Positions 49,922 to 60,210 of a DNA stretch of 64,000 bases are shown in pieces (positions within the stretch are counted from its first letter, which is position 1; each line of letters opens with the position of its first letter). Where the stretch lies: the NCBI GenBank assembly GCA_963745075.1, contig CAVUWV010000009.1, forward strand, positions 234,351-298,350. The letters are read 5' to 3'. This stretch comes from Candidatus Hydrogenedentota bacterium. Lineage in GTDB: Bacteria; Hydrogenedentota; Hydrogenedentia; Hydrogenedentales; SLHB01. A program made the position numbers and the translations under genes. The notes under the pieces were generated by a model. The model was not told the origin of the DNA, made no database searches, and was given only the letters and a program-made list of their open reading frames with translations.

Positions 49922-51266
49922 TCGATGGTTCCTCGATCTGTTCCACGGCAGCCGTCGCGCTGCCTTTGCCTAACCGAATCTCGACCTTATCGCCTCTTGT
50001 CAGCTGTCCTGCATCGCGTACGATATCCCGTTTCGGCAACCTCCGCACCAGGGCGTAACCCCGAGACAGTACCCCGAGCGGGCTCAGCGCGTCCAGTTGC
50101 GCGATCAAAGGCAGCACCCGGCTCCGCGCCCGCTGGACCGACGCCGCGCCCGACTGGGCCAGCCGCCGGTACAGCCCCCGGAATTCGTCGCGCGCCCGTC
50201 GCAACTGGTTCATGGGCGACAGCAACACCAGCGATCGTACGGCATGATCCACCCGCCGGCGCGACACGCGGGCCATGTTGATCACCTCGTTCTCCAACCG
50301 CATCCGCAGATCGTCTACCTGCTGCCGCCGTTGCCGGACCAGCTCTTCCGGCCTCCGAAACACGAAGCTGGACTGCGCGATGCTCAACCGGTTCCGGACC
50401 CGCTCCACACGGCCCAAGAGGCCGTTGGCGAGGCGTTTGCGCATCTGCTGGACGTTCTCCAGCATCGCTTCCTGCTCCTGTACGACCAGTTCCGCCGCCG
50501 CCGACGGCGTTGGTGCACGCGTGTCCGCCACGAAATCCGACAACGTAAAATCGATCTCGTGCCCCACCGCCGAAATGATGGGCGTATTCGCGGCGTGAAT
50601 CGCCCGGACTACGATTTCCTCGTTGAAGGGCCACAAATCTTCCAGCGAACCGCCACCGCGTCCGACGATCATCACGTCCACGCCGAGTTCGTCCAGCGCC
50701 CGGATGCCTTCTACAATTTCTTCGGCGGCTTCCTCGCCCTGCACCCGCGCCGGATGCACGAGGATATGCACGTTCGCAAAACGCCGGCTGATCACGTTGA
50801 GAATATCGCGGATGGCCGCCCCCGTCGGTGACGTGACGATCCCGATGCGCCGCGGCAACAGCGGCAGCGGCTTCTTGTGCTCCGCCTCGAACAGGCCTTC
50901 CTCTTCCAGCTTCTTCTTCAGCTTCTCGAAGGCCAACTGGAGCGCGCCCACGCCCTTCGGGTGCATTTCGTCACAGATGATCTGGTAGTTTCCGCGCTTC
51001 TCATAGACCGTGACCAGCCCGAACGCGACCACATCCAGCCCGCCCTCTGGTCCGAATTTCAGCTTCATCAGCTTGCCCCGGAACATGACCGCGTCGATCT
51101 GGCTGTCCTTGTCCTTCAGCGTGAAATAGGCGTGCCCCGCCGGCGACACCCGCCAATTCGAGATCTCTCCCGACACCCAGACATAGCTCACCTCCGTCTC
51201 AAGCAGATCCTTCACACGACGGGTAAGCTGACTGACCGTCAGGATTTGGGGCTTTTCCACCGGCAT
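49914..51266 (-). CDS. xseA: Exodeoxyribonuclease VII large subunit
   Basis: LTVSQL, GEISN, GHAYFTLKD, TSPTGAAIRDI, GRGGGSLEDLWPFNEE, GHEIDFT, TPSAAAE, LSRGY. Confidence 0.97.
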   Translation of the reverse strand: MPVEKPQILTVSQLTRRVKDLLETEVSYVWVSGEISNWRVSPAGHAYFTLKDKDSQIDAVMFRGKLMKLKFGPEGGLDVVAFGLVTVYEKRGNYQIICDEMHPKGVGALQLAFEKLKKKLEEEGLFEAEHKKPLPLLPRRIGIVTSPTGAAIRDILNVISRRFANVHILVHPARVQGEEAAEEIVEGIRALDELGVDVMIVGRGGGSLEDLWPFNEEIVVRAIHAANTPIISAVGHEIDFTLSDFVADTRAPTPSAAAELVVQEQEAMLENVQQMRKRLANGLLGRVERVRNRLSIAQSSFVFRRPEELVRQRRQQVDDLRMRLENEVINMARVSRRRVDHAVRSLVLLSPMNQLRRARDEFRGLYRRLAQSGAASVQRARSRVLPLIAQLDALSPLGVLSRGYALVRRLPKRDIVRDAGQLTRGDKVEIRLGKGSATAAVEQIEEPSNG

Positions 51267-51457
51267 GCCCGCAATTGTAGCGGATTGACCGCGTGAGACG
51301 AAAACGGAAGGGCAACTGGGAGCGCCAGGCACCAGCCTGGCTATTGACTTTCCCGCCGTTCACGTGGCGAGTTGGAGGCGGGTTGTCCGATCACATCCTG
51401 CTCGGACGGTTAGAAGCAACTCGGCAGGACACCGGCCCCGGAGATCGGAGTCGAACC

Positions 51458-51499
51458 GAAAAATGGTGAATGCCCGCCGGGTGACCGGCGGGCATTCAC
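51458..51499 (-). terminator. Strong terminator hairpin
   Basis: Perfect 15-bp stem GTGAATGCCCGCCGG/CCGGCGGGCATTCAC followed on the minus strand by CATTTTTC. Confidence 0.7.
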
Positions 51500-51610
51500 G
51501 CTTCTCGCTCCCCTCCCGATGCAGAAGCGGCCACTGAGGGACCGCAGACCCGCGAATCCGGGGCGATTGCTCCGCGACTGGCCTCCGAAAAGCCATCGCG
51601 GCAACCGCGA
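51458..51610 (-). ncRNA. Candidate structured small RNA (family unassigned)
   Basis: Own promoter-like TGGCCA-17 bp-TACAAT (51645-51617), several GC-rich hairpins and a terminator; no credible ORF. Confidence 0.4.
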
Positions 51611-51767
51611 AGAACTATTGTAGCCGAATGTGCGAAATTTGGCCAGAAAAAAGTGAGGTAGTGGTGCGTTAAGCATTAAGGTTGATTGACCCCGGATCTC
51701 GCGTCCAACCGGTCGCGGGCGGCGCGATGGCAACCTTCCGGCGGTGCTCGTGCATTAGAATAAGAAG

Positions 51768-53501
51768 GTGAAGCTAGGCGAGGACAGAATTTTGAAACTT
51801 TCGGCCGTGGCTACCTTGAGCGCTTTCCTCGTTTGTGGGCCCGCGCTTGCCCAGTTTCAGGACATGCCGAAGGGGCCGGTCACGATTCAGGTTCTGGATG
51901 AAGCGGGAAACGCCGTTTCCGGCGCCCAGGTTCATTGCGTGAACTGGAACTTCGGTCCACGTTTCACGGAGTTGACGCCCGACGAAAAGGCGGTTACCGA
52001 CCTGAAAGGGCGCGTCACGTTCCCGGAACGAACGATCGGTATGGCGTTCGTACGGGTGCAGGCGGGGGAACTCGGCGGCTGGTTCCGCCTTTCGGAAAGT
52101 GGGTCGGACCACCCGGTAAACACCGTGACAGTAGGCGTTGGCCGCACGCTTCGCGTTCGAACGCATGTGCCGGGCGTGCTGGTTGTGGCGGATGGTTGTC
52201 TGCCCGTCGGATTCACCGACGACGATGGGGAACTCACCCTTCCGAATTACGGCGTCGGCTACAGTCCGGACCTCGCATTCACGAAGGAGAAGTACGCGTG
52301 GGAGGTCGTCAGTTTCAGCCGCGAAATATCCATTTTGGATGTCCAAATGAAGCCAGGATCTGTCATTGAAGGCGTTGTGCTTGGACCGGGCGGGGAGCCA
52401 GCACCGAACGTATCGGTCTTCGGCGGTGCGTTCCGGCACAATCCAGTGATTACGGACAGCGCCGGTTGCTTTCAAATGCCCAGAAGTCCTCGCACGGAAT
52501 TTGGCGAGAAGCACCAAATCTGTGCGTCGCTTCGCAGCGGCGCAGGAAACTACTGGGCGGAAGTGCTTGTGGCCGTGGAGACGCCAGTAATCTCCGGCTT
52601 AACACTTCGACTAGCCCGAAGTGTGCCGCAGGTGTATACCCTTCGTGGACGCGTAATTCACGCGGAAACCGGGGAACCCGTGAAGGCACAGATTTTGAAA
52701 AGCACAAGCGACAATCTGTTTTGTGCTGACCACCTGGGGTCCACAGACGACACGGGCCGTTTCTCGATAGACGTTAGCCAGAGGGGCGGGTTTTGGTATT
52801 TCGCCGTCTCAGACGATCCGACCTTGTTTACTATCGGCTCGATGATTTACGTTTCAGAACCCAAAGAGAACGCGGCGATTCCCGAACTGGAATTCCAGGT
52901 GTCAAAAGGCTGCGCCATTACGGGCCGTGCATGCAGCGAGGATGGCGCGCCAATCGGCAATCGATGGGTTTATTACGAGCCTGACGGCGATGTGACATTT
53001 CCCATCGAAACCCAAAAGGACGGCCGATTCACTGTGGCCCACCTCAATGGTGCAGGCGAATCGTACAGGCTTTCCGTTCACGATGCCTTCGGGCGGCGAG
53101 CCAGTGTGGACGTCGGACCCCTAAACCGCGGCGAGGTCCAGGAAGGTGTCGAGATTATTCTGCCGCCCCAGATAGAGCCCGCGAAGTTGCGGGGAACGGT
53201 CCGGGACTCGGCCGGGAATCCCGTGGCCGGTGTGCGAATGCGCTTCGACTATGTCCAGCCCTTCGATCCGCCCTCGGTTCAGTCCACCACCGATGACCGG
53301 GGGCGATTCGTCGCAACGATCCTGTACTCTGGAGAGGCAACCGTCACCGCACGGTCCTTGACGCAACAATCGCCGGGTGAATATTCGGCGTATTACGACC
53401 TCCCCTGCGGGGTGCCTCATCCCGGAAAAGTCATCCTCGACACGGCTTCGGACGCCGAGCAGAATTTTGTTGTGACGCCCCTACCGGACGCGAAACAGTA
53501 G
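51768..53501 (+). CDS. Secreted carboxypeptidase-regulatory-like repeat protein
   Basis: Signal peptide (ALA|Q) and repeated G.V....G.PV / TD..G.F units. Confidence 0.8.
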   Translation: MKLGEDRILKLSAVATLSAFLVCGPALAQFQDMPKGPVTIQVLDEAGNAVSGAQVHCVNWNFGPRFTELTPDEKAVTDLKGRVTFPERTIGMAFVRVQAGELGGWFRLSESGSDHPVNTVTVGVGRTLRVRTHVPGVLVVADGCLPVGFTDDDGELTLPNYGVGYSPDLAFTKEKYAWEVVSFSREISILDVQMKPGSVIEGVVLGPGGEPAPNVSVFGGAFRHNPVITDSAGCFQMPRSPRTEFGEKHQICASLRSGAGNYWAEVLVAVETPVISGLTLRLARSVPQVYTLRGRVIHAETGEPVKAQILKSTSDNLFCADHLGSTDDTGRFSIDVSQRGGFWYFAVSDDPTLFTIGSMIYVSEPKENAAIPELEFQVSKGCAITGRACSEDGAPIGNRWVYYEPDGDVTFPIETQKDGRFTVAHLNGAGESYRLSVHDAFGRRASVDVGPLNRGEVQEGVEIILPPQIEPAKLRGTVRDSAGNPVAGVRMRFDYVQPFDPPSVQSTTDDRGRFVATILYSGEATVTARSLTQQSPGEYSAYYDLPCGVPHPGKVILDTASDAEQNFVVTPLPDAKQ

Positions 53502-53539
53502 CGAAACCAAGGCCCATCAGGACAAGTTACAACGCCGTG

Positions 53540-53576
53540 CGTCAGTCCACTTCCCCCGTTTCGGGGTCGTAGTGCC
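53540..53576. repeat. 37-bp direct repeat, copy 1
   Basis: CGTCAGTCCACTTCCCCCGTTTCGGGGTCGTAGTGCC; 35/37 identical to 56569-56605. Confidence 0.85.
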
Positions 53577-56379
53577 TACAGCCATCCACGGAAGAAATAG
53601 TACAGCCTTTCGATGATCGACGGTGGACTTGCCATTTTGGTAAGGACGAGGTTGACTGTCTCGGGTTTCCCCGGTGCCGAGAGTCACCTTCAGGCGTGCC
53701 CGCGCGCATCCCGGCAAATAGGCCCATGCCTCGAACTCCCCAGGTGGGAGATGCGCGTACTCGATGGTTCCCGAACTGTCGGTGCGAGGGTGCGGAGGCG
53801 AAGAGTCGATAAAGTGCGGCCATTCGTGATTCGTCGAATTGAGACCAACCGTCACTCCGCTCAATGGCTGACCATTGGAATCGACAGCCTTTACGGTCAC
53901 GCGATTTGACGTGCGCAACATGAGGAGTCGCGGTTCTGCCCCTCGGTCGTTATCGTGACCCGAAATGAACTCAATCCCCTTGTCGTCAGCCCAAAGGAAA
54001 TAACCTCCGTCGGGCAGCGTAAAGTGTCCCTCATCGCTATCTAGAGTATTCGGCGGATAATCCGCCTCTTCCTCGGTACTCAGAATAACGGGATGATTCC
54101 CATACGGCGAACGGATCACGAAATACGAGTCACGGGCTCGCCGTTCTCGGTCCGTCACGATGACCCAGTTCGGCGGCTCGCCCCCGCGGCGATTCGAACC
54201 TTGGGCCATGTACCAGTAATCGCGTCGTGTTTTCCAGGATGCGGTCATTCCGAAAGACCTTGGCAATCTCACCGACGGGGCACCCGGTGACCGCCTCGAA
54301 GAATCGATCAAACGGCTCGTAAGGCCCTTTCTTCATGACGACACGCACCCGGGTATCCCCAAGTTCAAAATCCCGCCCGCTCTGCAACACGCGTGCCTTG
54401 TAGCCTTCCAACCGGAATTCCAGCAGCACCGGATCTTTCTCAAACGGCTTCATGCAGCCCGTTCGCAGAAATGCGCCATTTTCCGCGCGGCCCGATCCCT
54501 GGCAGTCCTCGACATACACGTTGATGTCCGGCGATAGCGGGTTACCCTCGGTGTCCGTCACAAAACCGCCCACATATTTCCACGACGGAAGATCGACGCG
54601 AATCGTATGGAATGGGGATTCCGCGTTGGGGGTCAATCGTAACCGAGCCGCCCTCGGTGATTTCCAGTGTTTGCCGGGTTGACTCGATTACACCATTAAT
54701 TAGAATCTGCCCGCTGTAGTGAACCGAGAAGGTTCCGTCTCCCGCGCTTCGCAGTGGAAGCGTGAATGTTCCATCGGAGTTCGTCTTGGAGTTGTCCGGC
54801 GCGATGTCAGGCGAGAGCGATACGATAGCCCCGCGCACGGGCTCTCCCTTCTGGTCAATCAACCTGTCCATGCAATTGACCGGCTGTGGCCAGTGCGAGA
54901 TAAACGTCTTCCAGCGTAATCAGCAGCGGCTCGGAAATCTTGCCGCGACCGACTGGCCCGACTTCCACCTTCACCAATTTTCCGTGTTCGGCGTGAACAC
55001 TCAACGTATACGTGCATTCCGGAAACGCAAGATGGGGGATGAAGAAATGCCCCGTCTCGTTCGTGACCACCGGGTAGTAATGGTTCGGATTTGCCGGCGA
55101 GTACCCAATCTGCGTGCCCGGTACCGGAAGACCGTCGGCACTCCTCACATCCCCGCGAAGAAACGCATCCCTCGGCGATGGTGAACGTCAGCTCACGCGA
55201 CGGCTGCGCTTCGCTCAGGTCCACCCGGACGAGACCCCCTTTGTTATAGAGCGCTGCCGACCGCGGAAACGCGGTGAAGTAATACGTTTCCAACTCGAGG
55301 CCGTCGCATCGAAAGGTTCCGTCCTCTAGGGTAGCGGCTCGAACCGAACGCACCCATTCGTGGGATGTGTCGTAGAGGATGCTTGCCACGACGGGTTCTC
55401 CCGAGCCTTCCATAACCACCTTGCCCGTGACAACGCCCCTCGGTCGCTCCTTCAGGCTGATGTAGCGTTTCCCACCGTCCTTCACGATTTTTGATTGTAC
55501 CGTCGGACGCAACGTGATGGGGGTCGTCTTTCCGGGGGGAGGCCGGACTTCGACCTGGCTCCTCCACAGGTATCCGTCGCGCTCGTACGACGCGCTAACC
55601 GGGACCGCGCGGTCGCCGGGGAGCCACACGGTAGTGACCTTGCCCTGCGCGTCCGTGACCTGCGTCGCGCTCGCGCCTCCGCCGTAATATTGGTTGCCGC
55701 CCGAGTAGTTTACCTTCGCCCCCGGTACGGGCTCGCCGGATTCGTCAAAGACGGTTACATCCAGGAGCCCGCCCTCCGGCAACGTGATTTCAAGCACCGC
55801 AACCGGGCCGGACAGGCCGGAATTCATCCAGCCGTAGCCCGGCTTGTAAAATGAGAATTCCTGCTGACTTTGCAAGTTGGATATACAGAAGCCGCCCCGC
55901 TCGTCAGTCACTGCGCCGGGGAAAACTGCCCGATTCAAGAGTTGAACGCCGCTGATGGGCGCCCCGCTTTTATCCTGCACCACGCCGCAGACCTGGCGGT
56001 ACACATCGAGCGTGAGCGTCACCGTTGGGTGCTTGTCGCTGGGCCTGAGAAAGCGCTTTACCAGCCAGCATCCCCGTTCGTCCTTCGTCGCGTGTACACC
56101 GTGCGACATCGTTCCAGTCAAGCCGGCAAACGTGCACGTGCCTTCGTCGTCCGTTCGGGCGTGCCGCACTTCCCCGGTCAGCGGCGGCACGAAATAGTCC
56201 CACTCGACGAAGTCCACTTGGGCGTTTGCGACGGGCGTACCGTCCGGTCCAACACACACAAACGTTATGCCGCCATCGGTAAACTCCCATGCCGCGGGAC
56301 CGTCGTCGACCGAGTCGACCGCTTGCACGACGAACGTGGAAAGGATCACGAGAGGTACCAACCCAAACAACTGCCTCAC
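53576..56379 (-). CDS. Secreted carboxypeptidase-regulatory-like repeat protein, broken by five +1 frameshifts (error or pseudogene)
   Basis: GTG 56379 with signal peptide; reading continues through ORFs 54859..57069, 54855..55148, 54542..54871, 54130..54636 and 53517..54311; shifts near 55162, 54861, 54636, 54231 and 53664. Confidence 0.7.
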
Positions 56380-56568
56380 AATCAAGACCCCCGTTCGTGG
56401 GCTGCGTCGAGCACAACGTCGAAGACTTCGCCAAACGTGCATGCCAAGCCTGTTGGAGTTCAGTATATCACGGCTCCTTGCATGGCACGGAAGCGCCGAA
56501 CTCAACATATTCGAGGGATTACAGCTACACGGCATTGGTGAAGGTCGCGGCCGTAGGGCGCGTGACTT

Positions 56569-56605
56569 CGTCAGTTCACTTCCCCCGTCTCGGGGTCGTA
56601 GTGCC
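56569..56605. repeat. 37-bp direct repeat, copy 2 (3' end of the 56571..57584 gene)
   Basis: CGTCAGTTCACTTCCCCCGTCTCGGGGTCGTAGTGCC; encodes HYDPETGEVN* on the minus strand. Confidence 0.85.
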
Positions 56606-57584
56606 ACTGGCCATTGGGGATTGGATAGGTCGGTAAACCGCGAATGAGGCCCTTTTCGATGAGTTCGTCCAGGGATTTGGGGAAACGGCCTTCGTCCTTT
56701 TTGAATTTGTCGATCCAGCCTTGCAGGACCTGCTGCCGCTCCGCTTTGACGCTGTCGAGCACGGAGGTGTTGACGACATGGCCGCTGTCGAGGATGAGAA
56801 ACTTCCCGCCCAAGGGGTCTTCCGGCACTCCTGTCAGGATTCCCGCACGGACGAGTTCCCCCAGCGATTCCGGCAGCTTCCCGGTATCCTTCTGATAACG
56901 GGCCACCGCCGCGGTCAGCACGTCGCACGCTTCCCGAAGGGATACCTCCGTGAGCCGGCGTAGCGCGGTCTTCCGCATGTTCTCGTCGCCGCTGTTTTCG
57001 GCGATGTCCTTCCACATGCCCCGCTCCACGTCGTAGAGGTTGTTTTTCATCTGCAGGTTCTTGGCCCACTGCACAACAAAGTCCGGCGGATCGCCCGTAG
57101 TCGCGGCCATGGCCAGGTACCGCGCGCCGTTCGCTTCATCTTTCCGGTTCAGCACGTAGGTGCGGGCGATCTCGAAGGGCAGTTCCCAGCGGTCCGGGTT
57201 GTACGGAATGCCGCTTTTAAGCAGTTCGATGCTGGCGTCATCATCGTGTTTCAACATGGCGAGCAACACGCCGCCCCGTTGATAGACGTCCGTGAAATAC
57301 GGGTCCAGCCGCGTGATGGTCTTCAGCATGTGGTCCAGCCACACGAACTTGAAATCGCCATGAAACTGCTCGGCCGTGTACTGGATGCATTGCAGCCAAA
57401 GGAAATCGGCCACCACGCTGCTCAATCCGGCGGTGAACGAATTCAGCAGTTTTTCATTGGGAAGATAGAGCAGCTCTTCGTCGAAGGAATCGTTGCGCAT
57501 CCCGTCGATGTGCTTTTGCGACACCACGGCAACGGGGAATACCACCGCCAACGTCACGAGCGCAATGACGACCTTGCGTAGCAT
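56571..57584 (-). CDS. ABC-exporter accessory protein (PilG/XapB-like, TPR-like) with two C-terminal pseudopilin-G-like repeats
   Basis: LLYLP, VADFLWLQCIQY, ITRLDPYF, NPDRWELP; repeats YQKDTGKLPESLGELV..PEDP and FKKDEGRFPKSLDELI..PTYP. Confidence 0.65.
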   Translation of the reverse strand: MLRKVVIALVTLAVVFPVAVVSQKHIDGMRNDSFDEELLYLPNEKLLNSFTAGLSSVVADFLWLQCIQYTAEQFHGDFKFVWLDHMLKTITRLDPYFTDVYQRGGVLLAMLKHDDDASIELLKSGIPYNPDRWELPFEIARTYVLNRKDEANGARYLAMAATTGDPPDFVVQWAKNLQMKNNLYDVERGMWKDIAENSGDENMRKTALRRLTEVSLREACDVLTAAVARYQKDTGKLPESLGELVRAGILTGVPEDPLGGKFLILDSGHVVNTSVLDSVKAERQQVLQGWIDKFKKDEGRFPKSLDELIEKGLIRGLPTYPIPNGQWHYDPETGEVN

Positions 57585-58346
57585 CACACGTCCTTATCCT
57601 CGAACGCCAAACTGGCGAGCACCAGCAGCATGACCGTGTAAACCGTCCCGTACGCCATCGCCCACAGCACGTACGCGGGCGCAACCGGCACGCCGTTGGC
57701 CGCTTCCGCGCGGATGTTAAAGTTCGACAGATTGGGGAGGATGTAGTAGACGATGGCCAGCACCTTCTCGGCGACCGTCCCCTCAAAGTGCTCCGGCAAG
57801 TCAATGAGAATGCCCGTCGCATGTCCCACGACAAACGCGCAGAACACGATGATGGCCCCGAGTATGGGCGACGTCAACGACGAGAGCAGGACCGCCAGCG
57901 CGGTAATCAGCAGCAGTTCCCAGTAGATGAGCAGAACCGCCAGGAAGAAGGTCGCGTCGAGTGAACCGCCCAGTGTCGAGCACGTACGCTGCCGTAACCA
58001 GCGTCATCACGATCGTCACAACCGCCAGAAGCAACGCCATGCCGAGGTATTTGCCCAGGATGAATTCGTATCGTGCCATGGGCCGGCAAATGATGGTGTA
58101 GATCGTCCGCTTATCGATCTCCTTGTACACCAGATTCGTGCCCACGAAGATGGCAATGAGCACCCCGAAGATCGACACCGCCGCCAGCGAGATGTCTTTG
58201 ACGATCTTGATGTCCTGTCCAATGCTGATCCACCCCAGCGCTTTCGAACCGAGCACGGTCGTCGCCGCGAAGAGCAGCAACACGTACAAGACCTTGTCCC
58301 GAACCGCTTCCCGGAAGGTGTTCTGCGCGACCGCGAGGATTCTCAT
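57584..58346 (-). CDS. ABC-2 type permease (PilI/XapC-like); +1 frameshift at ~57978
   Basis: AQNTFREAVRDK, KEIDKRTIYTI..P..RYEFILGKYLG, YYILPNL, FEDKDV. Confidence 0.88.
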
Positions 58347-59275
58347 GACTGCCCCCCCTGTACGCGCACAAAGAAGTCTTCCAGCGACTCTTTGACGGGA
58401 ATGAAGTCCACCAACGTGCCGCCACCGGCGTGAATCTTCCGCACCAGGTCGTTGGCCGCCGTCAGGTCCGGCAAGGTGAAATGGTGGCCGGCCTCCGACT
58501 CCCGGTTAGATTCCGCCGACGTTGCCAGCGTTTCAACGGCTTCCGGCGTCAACTCGGAGGCGATAACCTCAACCAGGCAGACGCGCTCCGTGAGCAGTTC
58601 GTCGATGCGTCCCTGGTTAGTCAGTTTGCCCTTCACGAGTATCCCGACCCGGTCGCAGATCTGTTCCACGTCCCCGAGCACGTGCGAGCTGAAAAAGATG
58701 GTCTTCTTCTCATCCCGCATCTTCAGGATCAGTTCGCGAATGGATCGACGCCCCAGAGGGTCTAACCCGCTCATGGGTTCGTCGAGGATAAGAATCGCCG
58801 GGTCGCCCACCAGCGCGACAGCGAATCCAAGCCGCTGGCGCATACCCTTCGAGAATCCGCGTACTCGCTGCTCGGCGATGTCGCGCAAATCCAGCAGGTC
58901 CGACAGCTTTTCCCACTCGGCCGCCCGTTCGGTGCGATTCAACCCGTGGAGGCGTCCATAAAAATCCAGCGTTTCCCGGGGCGTCAGGTATTCGTAGAAG
59001 TACGGGTTTTCCGGCAGATACCCGATGTATTTTCGCGCCGTTCGGCGGCGCACGCTTTCCCCGCAGATGTGCGCTTCCCCATTCGTCGGCCGAATCAGGC
59101 CGCATAGTATCTTGATGGTGGTCGTCTTCCCCGCGCCATTCCGTCCCAGAAAACCGAAGACCTCATTCGACCGGACCGTCAGCGACAGACGGTCCAAGGA
59201 GCGGACTGCGCTCTTCCACACCGAAGTGCGGTAGGTCTTCCCGAGGTCTTTCGTCGCAATTGCGTCCACCGACAT
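58343..59275 (-). CDS. ABC transporter ATP-binding protein (PilH/XapD-like)
   Basis: GRNGAGKTT, GYLPENPYFYEYLT, FSKGMRQR, LILDEPMSGLDPLGR, SSH. Confidence 0.93.
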   Translation of the reverse strand: MSVDAIATKDLGKTYRTSVWKSAVRSLDRLSLTVRSNEVFGFLGRNGAGKTTTIKILCGLIRPTNGEAHICGESVRRRTARKYIGYLPENPYFYEYLTPRETLDFYGRLHGLNRTERAAEWEKLSDLLDLRDIAEQRVRGFSKGMRQRLGFAVALVGDPAILILDEPMSGLDPLGRRSIRELILKMRDEKKTIFFSSHVLGDVEQICDRVGILVKGKLTNQGRIDELLTERVCLVEVIASELTPEAVETLATSAESNRESEAGHHFTLPDLTAANDLVRKIHAGGGTLVDFIPVKESLEDFFVRVQGGQS

Positions 59276-59430
59276 CCCTCTAATCCTCGTCAGCCGAGAC
59301 TCTGTGCCCACAAGGGCGTGCCAATAGGATACACCATATGGGCCCAATACGGGAAGTGTGCCTATACCTTGTGGTGGCCGGGCCGGCAAAGCTGCCGCAT
59401 GCATGCCATAGTCCGTGCTAGACTCTGGCC

Positions 59431-60134
59431 ATGGTTTCCGTTGGCAAACACGCGGCGAAAGTGAATTGGCGTGAAGTTACGACGTTGACCGCGATCTTCG
59501 TTGTCGTCTTCCTGCTTTGGAATACGCGGCTTGATGTTTCCGCTGCGTACGCTCGGTCGTGTTCTTTCACGAGTTCAGCCATGCCGCGGCTGCGCTTCTG
59601 ACTGGTGGCCGAATCGTCGAGATTCAAGTAACGCCCGGTTCGGGAGGCCTTTGCATCACGGCCGGCGGATGGCCGATCATCATTTACTCAGCGGGATACG
59701 TGGGCAGCATGCTTACCGGAGGCGCTCTTCTGGTGATGGCCAAGCGGAGGCGCGCCACAGGTAACATTGTCGGCGGCATAGGCATCGTTCTGGTCCTCGT
59801 AACGCTCGGGTGGGTGCGGCCAATGCTCGGGCTCGGCTTTCTCTTTGGCATCGCCGCGGGAGCAATTCTGGTCGCGTCCGCAGTGTGGCTGCCCGCGTGG
59901 GCAAACGCGTACGTTCTTAAGATCATCGGCCTGACCAGTTGCCTGTTCGCGTTTGTGGATCTGAAATCGCTCTTCGCCGCACACCCCGGTGTCGAGTCCG
60001 ACGCCACACTCCTTGCCCAAATCACCTGGGTGCCCGCATGGGCTTGGGCGTCCTTCTGGTTACTGCTCTCCCTGGTCGCAGCATACCACTTGCTGAAACT
60101 GGCCTGTCGGCGCCCGCCGACCAGCCATGGTTGA
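59431..60134 (+). CDS. M50B-like membrane metallopeptidase; two +1 frameshifts at ~59531 and ~59555
   Basis: HEFSH, LTGG, SAGY.G, SDA..LA motifs; N-terminal TM helix recovered upstream from ATG 59431. Confidence 0.85.
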
Positions 60135-60210
60135 CAATCTTGAGTAAACGTGCAATTGTGCGGTCGGTGCTTTGTCAATTTTACGCATGCTGCACAACGA
60201 GGGACGTACC

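Noticed and set aside
56380..57069. N-terminal 230 aa of the 736-aa ORF 54859..57069
   Set aside because: Out-of-frame overlap with the upstream gene; the real start is GTG 56379, which gives a signal peptide.
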